A model generated the notes under the pieces. It did not search any database. It saw nothing but the letters and a program-made list of their open reading frames with translations, and was not told where the DNA came from. Shown here in pieces: positions 6,823-12,771 of a stretch of 12,771 nt of DNA. The translations under genes and the position numbers were made by a program. Origin of the DNA: Elusimicrobiota bacterium (lineage in GTDB: Bacteria; Elusimicrobiota; Elusimicrobia; UBA1565); contig JBDREN010000167.1 in the NCBI GenBank assembly GCA_043819795.1, forward strand, positions 1 to 12,771, written 5' to 3'. Every line of letters starts with the position of its first letter. Within the stretch, counting starts at the first letter, position 1.

Positions 6823-7931
6823 TATTGCGCGCCATTGTGTCAGCGCTCGTCCTGCCTTCCGTCCTGCTTGGGGTAGGATTCGCCCAGTACGATATGATCG
6901 CTCCCGACCCGTTCGAGGAGTTGGAGTCCGATCTGCGCGAGACCGGGGTTTCCGATCTGGAGTCCGCGGCGGGGACTCCCTCTAGGATGCGGGAGGGTGC
7001 CGGCGAGCCGTCGGACCTGCCGACTTTCGTCTCCTTCGCCGAAAGCATCCATGAGTTCGGCCGGTTTGCGGACGGGGGCTCGGACTCGAACTGGTACATC
7101 GGCTTCAACAACGCCTGGATCGTGAAGCTTCCGCCGGCTCCGGTCGGTGACTTCGGGAGGGCGTTCATCGGAGCGAAGGTGGGCCGCGCCAAGACGCGGC
7201 CAAGGAAGGACCGCCCCTGGGAGCGCGACGTGATGCCGGGGAAGATCTATATGGGAATCGCTCCGCGGCCGGCCTTCTCGTCGGAGCAAAGCTTCTTCCT
7301 CGTCGAGACGAAGGACGTCCCGCGCGAGCCGCATGAGAGCCTCTACCTGGAGGGGACGGGCCGCTCGGAGTGGTTCTGGGCGGAGGTGCCGCTTAGTCTG
7401 GTGAGCGTCGAGCGCGCCAACTACCTCATCATATGGTCGCCTACGCGCGAGTTCCGCAGCGCGGACGTCGCTCCGATCCTCGCGGCCGGCAACGGTTCCG
7501 CCGGGGGCAAGGGGGAGGTCCGCGCCTGGAACAACCACGAGATCCAGGGAGTGCCGCCGAGGGTCGAGGAAGACGCGCTCAAGACGCCGATCAATCTCAA
7601 GCCGGCGATGGCCATCAAGCTGGTGCCGCGGTCCTCATCGGCGGCCCGGGTGAGCGTGACCGGTTTCTCGACGCGATCGCTCGGGGAGCGGCTGATGGTG
7701 TGGTTCTCTGCGGAAGGGAAGAACGTCGAGCTCGCGTGGGTCGAGATGTCCCAGGACGAGCTGGAGTGGAGCCGCGTCTCCGCCTACCGGCGGAGCCCGC
7801 CCTACGTCTTCACGCTGCCGCGCAGCGAGCTGCCGTCGCGGGGGGCCTACCTCCGCGGCAAGGCGCGCGACGTGTCCGCGAACGAGGGGGCCGGCGGCCA
7901 GGTATTCGTCGTTGGCGAGGGGGTGCGTTGA
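6819..7931 (+). CDS. Hypothetical exported protein, 370 aa (predicted beta-rich, possible C-terminal Ig-like domain)
   Basis: Signal-peptide-like N-terminus (MILRAIVSALVLPSVLLGVGFA-Q); ATGA overlap with parB stop and TGATG overlap with asd start; fills the gap exactly. Confidence 0.8.
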   Translation: MILRAIVSALVLPSVLLGVGFAQYDMIAPDPFEELESDLRETGVSDLESAAGTPSRMREGAGEPSDLPTFVSFAESIHEFGRFADGGSDSNWYIGFNNAWIVKLPPAPVGDFGRAFIGAKVGRAKTRPRKDRPWERDVMPGKIYMGIAPRPAFSSEQSFFLVETKDVPREPHESLYLEGTGRSEWFWAEVPLSLVSVERANYLIIWSPTREFRSADVAPILAAGNGSAGGKGEVRAWNNHEIQGVPPRVEEDALKTPINLKPAMAIKLVPRSSSAARVSVTGFSTRSLGERLMVWFSAEGKNVELAWVEMSQDELEWSRVSAYRRSPPYVFTLPRSELPSRGAYLRGKARDVSANEGAGGQVFVVGEGVR

Positions 7932-8998
7932 TGAAGTCAGCGGTGCGCAAGAAGGGGCTGAGAGTGGCGATCGTCGGAGCCACCGGCATGGTGGGGTACG
8001 TCCTGCTCGAGCGGCTCGAGCGCCGCCGCTTCCCGGTCGGTACGCTTCTGCCGTTCAGCTCCGGCCGCAGCAGGGGGGCCGCGGTCCGGTTCCGCGGGCG
8101 AAGGGTCGCGGCTCCGGGCGTGGACGTGAAAGCTCTGCGCTCGGCCGATATCGTCTTCCTCGTGTCGAGCGACGAGGTCTCCAAGCGCTATGGCAAGGCC
8201 CTGGCGCGCGAGGGCGTGTGGGTGATCGACGACTCCTCCGCGTTTCGCATGGACCCCGAGGTGCCGCTGGTCATTCCGGAGGTCAACGCCGGCGCCCTCT
8301 CGCGCGACAAGCGGCTGGTCGCGGGGCCGAACTGCACGACGTCGGGCCTGGCCGTGGCCGGCTATCCGCTCCATCTTCGGGCTCGCGCCCGGCGTGTGCG
8401 CATGGCTTCCTACCAGGCGGTCTCCGGGGCGGGGCGGGAGCCTCTGCTGGAGTACTACGCTCAGGTCCGCCGCGGCGCCCGGTCGATGACGGGAAAGGAT
8501 ATCCTGCCCCGGCTGCCGGCGGCCAAGGCGCGCGCCTTCCCCAAGCCGATCGCCTTCAGCCTCTTCCCGCATGTGGGGAGCTTCGACGAGCGGGGTGATT
8601 CCGGCGAGGAGAACAAGGTCCGCAACGAGCTGCGCAAGATTTGGTCGGCTCCGAAGCTCGAGGTGAGCTCGACGACGGTGCGGGTCCCGGTGATCCGGGG
8701 GCATTCGCTCGCCGTCTGGATCGAGACCGACAAGCCCCTGTCGCCGCGGCGGGCCGAGGCGCTGCTGGCACGCGCGCCCGGGGTGACGCTGTGGAAGCGG
8801 GGGGACTATCCGACCGTCTACGAGACGGGGGGGACCGATCCCGTGCACGTGGGCCGTATCCGCCGAAGCCGCGCCACGCCGCGCGAGCTCGCGATGTGGG
8901 TGGTCTCCGACAATCTGCTCAAGGGGGCGGCCCTGAACTCGATCCAGGTCGCGGAGCGCCTGCTCGCCAAGCGCTGGCTGCGCCCGCGGAGCCTTTAG
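7931..8998 (+). CDS. asd: Aspartate-semialdehyde dehydrogenase, 355 aa
   Basis: VAIVGATGMVG Rossmann motif, IDDSSAFRMDPEVPLVIPEVN, catalytic PNCTT, YQAVSGAG, VRVPVIRGHS, DNLLKGAALN. True start ATG 7931; the ORF-track extension to 7433 is spurious. Confidence 0.94.
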   Translation: MKSAVRKKGLRVAIVGATGMVGYVLLERLERRRFPVGTLLPFSSGRSRGAAVRFRGRRVAAPGVDVKALRSADIVFLVSSDEVSKRYGKALAREGVWVIDDSSAFRMDPEVPLVIPEVNAGALSRDKRLVAGPNCTTSGLAVAGYPLHLRARARRVRMASYQAVSGAGREPLLEYYAQVRRGARSMTGKDILPRLPAAKARAFPKPIAFSLFPHVGSFDERGDSGEENKVRNELRKIWSAPKLEVSSTTVRVPVIRGHSLAVWIETDKPLSPRRAEALLARAPGVTLWKRGDYPTVYETGGTDPVHVGRIRRSRATPRELAMWVVSDNLLKGAALNSIQVAERLLAKRWLRPRSL

Positions 8999-9018
8999 CG
9001 CCGGACGGAGGGATTGCG

Positions 9019-9420
9019 ATGAACGTCAGGCTTATCAGGCAGTACAGCGTGTTCATGCCGAACCGCCCGGGCGCCCTCGCGCACCTGGCGACGCTGTTCG
9101 GCGAGGCGGGCGTCAACATCGTGGGGATCACGTCGGAGGTGCGCGATGATTCCGCGCTGGTGCGCGTGGCGATCGAGAGCGACAGGGACCACTCCCACAT
9201 CCTCTCGCGAGCGGGGTTCGCCAGCGTGGAGGGGAGGCTCCTCTCGGTGGTGGTGGACGATAAGCCGGGCCAGCTGGCCCGGGTGACGAAGGCCCTGGCC
9301 GACGGGGGCCTCAACATCACCACCGTCTACGGCGCGTCGCTGGACAACGAGGCCCTGCGCCTGCTCGTCACCGTGGAGAACGCCGACGAGGGGCTGAAGC
9401 TCCTGCAGGGAGTCGACTGA
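9019..9420 (+). CDS. Stand-alone tandem ACT-domain protein, 133 aa
   Basis: Two ACT repeats (SVFMPNRPGALAHLATLFGEAGVNI; SVVVDDKPGQLARVTKALADGGLNI); ATG 9019 after GGAGG. Confidence 0.87.
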   Translation: MNVRLIRQYSVFMPNRPGALAHLATLFGEAGVNIVGITSEVRDDSALVRVAIESDRDHSHILSRAGFASVEGRLLSVVVDDKPGQLARVTKALADGGLNITTVYGASLDNEALRLLVTVENADEGLKLLQGVD

Positions 9421-9436
9421 CGGGCCCTATAACGGA

Positions 9437-9479
9437 CGAGGCGGGAAATCCTTGGGGGATTTCCCGCCTCGCTCTTTTT
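9437..9479 (+). terminator. Intrinsic terminator between convergent operons
   Basis: Perfect 15-bp stem CGAGGCGGGAAATCC (9437-9451) / GGATTTCCCGCCTCG (9457-9471), 5-nt loop, followed by CTCTTTTT. Confidence 0.85.
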
Positions 9480-9498
9480 GGAGATTCTCCGCCCGGAT

Positions 9499-10428
9499 CT
9501 AGGACTCCGACTGCGTCCCGACCGGGGCGTGGATGCGCAGCTGGCCGTCGAGCGTCTTGATCAGGATGATCTTAGTCTCGCCCAGTGTGAGCATGAGCGG
9601 CGTCCCCGGCTCGAGCGCTGTCTCGGCCAGCGGCCAGCCCTTGGAGCCCATGCCGTTCTCGTTGACGAAGAGCAGCGACCGCGTGTCCGCGAAGGTGTCG
9701 GTCGCGGGGTCCACGTCGTTGCCGTAGAGCGTCCAGAATTCCTTGCGGTCCGCGTTGAATACATAGGACTCTTCCTTCACCCGGTCGAGGAGCGTGCCGG
9801 TCCGGATGCGGTGGTCGGGCCCCTGCGTCCCGTTGACCGGGTCCATGAGCAGCGAGCTGCCCCGGACCGGGTTGAAGATGTTGATCGAGACCTTGAAGCG
9901 GTAGGAGGTCCGGTCGTCGATCCGCACGACGACGCCCTCGCCCCGGAGCTGCTTAGGGTCCTCGATGCGGTGGAGCTTGATGGTGTCGCCCTGCTGGAAG
10001 GAGAAGTACTGGTAGTCGAAGCCGGCGTCCGCCGCCAGGCTGAAGTCCCACATGCCCGCCCCGAACTGGAGGTTGAAGGCGTCCCTGTGGGCGTTCAGCT
10101 GGTCCTCGAGCCGGAACGATCCCAGAAGCGGGCCCACGCCCTTATCGGGGGAGAGGATCTCGATCGTCGGGTCCTCGAAATAGAAGAGAGGGCCCATCCG
10201 CTGGCATCGCGGGGTGTCGGTCTCGGCCGCGCACGGGAGCGGGCGGCTCTCGACGGCCCGGCCCGGGATCTCCTCGCCCTCGGCAATCTCGATCTCAACC
10301 GCCGCGATGTCGGCCCGCAGCAGGGCCTCGCCGGCGGAGCTCTTGAGCTCTTCGATGGATTCCGCGCTCGCGTAGGCGGCTAGGCAAACGACGGCCAGCG
10401 CCGCGATCATCCGCTTGCTATAGGTCAT
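9499..10428 (-). CDS. Hypothetical secreted protein, 309 aa
   Basis: ATG 10428 after AGGAGG (10434-10439); signal peptide MTYSKRMIAALAVVCLAAYASA; beta-rich-looking mature region with a Cys pair; no family recognised. Confidence 0.8.
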   Translation of the reverse strand: MTYSKRMIAALAVVCLAAYASAESIEELKSSAGEALLRADIAAVEIEIAEGEEIPGRAVESRPLPCAAETDTPRCQRMGPLFYFEDPTIEILSPDKGVGPLLGSFRLEDQLNAHRDAFNLQFGAGMWDFSLAADAGFDYQYFSFQQGDTIKLHRIEDPKQLRGEGVVVRIDDRTSYRFKVSINIFNPVRGSSLLMDPVNGTQGPDHRIRTGTLLDRVKEESYVFNADRKEFWTLYGNDVDPATDTFADTRSLLFVNENGMGSKGWPLAETALEPGTPLMLTLGETKIILIKTLDGQLRIHAPVGTQSES

Positions 10429-10469
10429 AAAGGCCTCCTGGACGGTGAGGTCCACGTCAATACCGGGTC

Positions 10470-11792
10470 TCATCCGGCGCCCGCCGCCCGACCCGGGTCG
10501 TCGGCCAAGTCTATCAAATATAGTGCCGGCGCGATGTTCTTGCGCACGCTGCTCTCGACCGCTTCGGGGCCGGGATAGAAGCCTCCGGACCACCGGCCCC
10601 GCGGGGTAAGCTCGAAGGTGAAGCAGAATATCTTCTTCTCGCCCCATGCCCAGTCGCAGGTATCGCCCGAGGCCACGTAAAGCCCCGACGACTGCATGGG
10701 CCGGTAGCCGGTCATCTTGGCCATCTCGGCCGCCATGGCCTGGTAGGCGCCCAGGGCCTTGCCGTCCGAGATGGGCTCGGTCATGTGCCCCCACGGATAG
10801 AGGATAAGCTCGCTGAAGCTGTGGTACGTGAGCAGGATGGTGACGTTCGGGTGCGCCTCGACGAAATCCCTCACGGCCTGGGTCTCCGGCTCGGAGAAGG
10901 CCGACGGCCCCCGGTAGGTGTCGGAGTTGGAGTAGCCGGAGGAGCCCTGTCCGCCCCAGCCGTAGCCGTAGTTGCGGTTGAGGTCCACGCCGACCGAGCC
11001 GTTGCCGTTAGGGCGCATGTTCTTGCGCTGCCACTGGTAGCGGCCGGTGCCGATGTCGAACTCGGACCCGTCGGGGTTGACCAGGGGCACGATGTAGATG
11101 TCGCGGGTCTCCAGCAGGGGCCGCACTTCGGGCCGCTCGCGGTTCTCGGCGAGCCAGCGCGCCAGGCGCAGGGGGACCTCGGTCGAGAGGTGCTCGCGCG
11201 CGTGATGCGTGCCCGTAAAGAGGATGCCGGGCTTGTCCCCGGCCTGGATGCCGGGCATATGGAAGCGGATCGCCGTTATGCTGCGTCCCTCCACGCTCTT
11301 GCCGATGGGGAACACGCTGGCGATGTCCGGCGCGGCCGCGGCGATCGCCTTAAGCTCCGCCTCGGTCTCGCCGTAGTTGTGGTAGATGTCGTCGCGCGCG
11401 GGGAAGTCCTCGGGGCCGAAGCTCCGAAGGGGGGTCCTTTTCTCGACGCGGAAGCCGGCCAGCCGGATCTTTCGCAGCTCCTCGGGCCTGGCGACGCCCT
11501 CCACAAGCCCCCCGTCCACGGACTCGATCGCCATGCCCAGGTCGGCCAGGCGGGTGCGCTCGGCCGGCCCGTCGGCGCGGATGCTGACCCAATAGCGGTC
11601 GTCCACGCCGGCGATGGCCCCAAGCTCGGGGACCACCCCTCCGGAGCTATCCATGAGGGCGCCGAGGTCCTCGGCGGGGCGTTCGCCTTGGGTCCCATCG
11701 AAGAGGACGTCCATGGGCCCGGCCGCGCGGCCCGGTCCCGCGAGCCACACGCATCCGGCCGCGAAGAGCAGGGCGAGAAGGATCTTCCTCAT
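10470..11792 (-). CDS. Secreted M14 zinc carboxypeptidase (carboxypeptidase T-like), 440 aa
   Basis: Signal peptide and propeptide-like region; IGKSVEGR, zinc motif HHAREH, VNPDG, QRKN, GVDLNRNY, YRGPSAFSEPET, TYHSFSELILYPWG, FTFEL catalytic Glu. Confidence 0.93.
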   Translation of the reverse strand: MRKILLALLFAAGCVWLAGPGRAAGPMDVLFDGTQGERPAEDLGALMDSSGGVVPELGAIAGVDDRYWVSIRADGPAERTRLADLGMAIESVDGGLVEGVARPEELRKIRLAGFRVEKRTPLRSFGPEDFPARDDIYHNYGETEAELKAIAAAAPDIASVFPIGKSVEGRSITAIRFHMPGIQAGDKPGILFTGTHHAREHLSTEVPLRLARWLAENRERPEVRPLLETRDIYIVPLVNPDGSEFDIGTGRYQWQRKNMRPNGNGSVGVDLNRNYGYGWGGQGSSGYSNSDTYRGPSAFSEPETQAVRDFVEAHPNVTILLTYHSFSELILYPWGHMTEPISDGKALGAYQAMAAEMAKMTGYRPMQSSGLYVASGDTCDWAWGEKKIFCFTFELTPRGRWSGGFYPGPEAVESSVRKNIAPALYLIDLADDPGRAAGAG

Positions 11793-11814
11793 GATTAGTG
11801 TCCCCTTTCCGCTA

Positions 11815-12438
11815 TCAGCGGACTTTGTCCAGGAGCCGTCCGGCCTCGTCCTCTATGCCGTTGGCCGAACGGAGGATGTCGCGCGCGTGGCGCTCGATGT
11901 CGAACGCCTCGAACGAGTACCCGGCGCGCCGGATATCCATGCTCGCCCAGTTGGCCTCGCTGGCGAGGCGCCGGGCGCGGGTGCCGAAGGACTGGGCGCT
12001 GCGCAGAAGCTCCTGGGCCGGGCCCACGAGCGCGGGATCCTTCTTCGCCTCCCGCGAGGCCCGCTCGACGTCCGTCTTGGCGCGGTCGGCGTCGCGCTCG
12101 AGGCCGCGCAGGTCCCAGACGAGGCGCCTCAGGTCGTTGCGGAAGAATGGGTCATTGTTGCGCCGGTCGCGCTCGTCGATGCGCTCGGCCCTGCGCCTCA
12201 AGTCCCACAGCTCCCTTTCTAGTCGCCAGGCCTCGCTAACCATGGCCCCGACCTCGCGGTCCAGGCGGCCGATGTCGCCGGAGACGGCCCGGACCCTGGC
12301 CTGGACCTGCTCGGCGTGGGTCCGCATGACGTCGACGTGCAGCTGCTTGAGCGAGGCCTCGAAGGGGGGGGCCTTCTGAGCTTGAAGGGGCGCGGCTGTG
12401 AGCGTGAGGACTATTGCGGCGAGTAGGGTCCGGCTCAT
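11815..12438 (-). CDS. Hypothetical secreted alpha-helical/coiled-coil protein, 207 aa
   Basis: GGAGG upstream of ATG 12438; signal peptide MSRTLLAAIVLTLTAAPLQA; mature part amphipathic and rich in R/E/D/A/L. Confidence 0.8.
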   Translation of the reverse strand: MSRTLLAAIVLTLTAAPLQAQKAPPFEASLKQLHVDVMRTHAEQVQARVRAVSGDIGRLDREVGAMVSEAWRLERELWDLRRRAERIDERDRRNNDPFFRNDLRRLVWDLRGLERDADRAKTDVERASREAKKDPALVGPAQELLRSAQSFGTRARRLASEANWASMDIRRAGYSFEAFDIERHARDILRSANGIEDEAGRLLDKVR

Positions 12439-12498
12439 GCGAACCTCCGGAGGTCTAAATCCTGGTGCCAGACTTAAGATGCTCCAAAAGCGTTATCA

Positions 12499-12528
12499 AT
12501 TATACCAATTTCGACCATCGGCTGTCAA
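12499..12528 (-). promoter_or_regulatory. Consensus sigma70 promoter for the minus-strand secreted-protein operon
   Basis: Minus strand TTGACA (12528-12523), 18-nt spacer ending in TGG, TATAAT (12504-12499). Confidence 0.8.
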
Positions 12529-12546
12529 AAAGGAGTCCTCGATATG

Positions 12547-12771
12547 CGCATCCCTCCCCCACGGGGAGGGATGCGGAAGTGGAGGGGGCATGCTCGCGTC
12601 CCTCCCCCACGGGGAGGGATGCGGAAGTGGAGGGGGCAGATGTCGTGTCGTGCATTAATGAGGAGCTTGTCGGTCAGCCCCCCTACTCAAGCAGTCCCCC
12701 GTGGGGGGACTGCTGACATCCCCACGGGGAGGGATGCGGAAGTAGGAGGGGGCAGATGTCGTGTCGTGCAT
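12547..12771. repeat. Cluster of REP-like palindromic repeats
   Basis: Unit CGCRTCCCTCCCC-CAC-GGGGAGGGATGCG-GAAGTGGAGGGGGCA at 12547-12590 and 12595-12638; a 5'-truncated copy at 12720-12754; an inverted variant with a different stem at 12677-12714. Confidence 0.9.

Noticed and set aside
217..12379. Many long alternative-frame and antisense ORFs (e.g. 217-1221, 357-1316, 1476-2525, 2720-4237, 3693-4733, 9478-10383, 10785-11798)
   Set aside because: They shadow well-supported genes, have low-complexity R/G/A/P-rich translations, and are expected in high-GC DNA.
12398..12716. Small plus-strand ORFs with repeated peptides (ASLPHGEGCGSGGG)
   Set aside because: They are translations of the DNA repeats and overlap the minus-strand promoter; no coding evidence.
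12547..12771. Possible CRISPR array (CCCCACGGGG palindromes recall type I-E repeats)
   Set aside because: No unique regular spacers; units are directly tandem, inverted or truncated, and flanking sequence is duplicated with them.

Overview
High-GC bacterial chromosomal segment of mostly housekeeping character. Left to right: the 5' end of a divergent secreted-protein gene; a deoxyhypusine-synthase-like (probable homospermidine synthase) gene converging on an aguB-aguA agmatine-to-putrescine operon, with an inverted-repeat element between them; a CNT/NupC nucleoside transporter; an AT-rich spacer followed by a probable operon parA-parB-exported hypothetical-asd-ACT protein ending in an intrinsic terminator; a convergent minus-strand trio of signal-peptide proteins (helical hypothetical, M14 zinc carboxypeptidase, hypothetical) behind a consensus sigma70 promoter; and a cluster of REP-like palindromic repeats at the window end. 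No tRNA, rRNA, CRISPR array or transposase was seen. Most interesting points: a ParB with Lys at the key parS-recognition position together with a non-canonical parS-like palindrome inside parA, a likely ATA start (or split fusion) at the aguB/aguA junction, the DHS-like plus aguAB polyamine cluster, and two unrelated repeat families. All calls come from reading the sequence by eye; no database searches were run.
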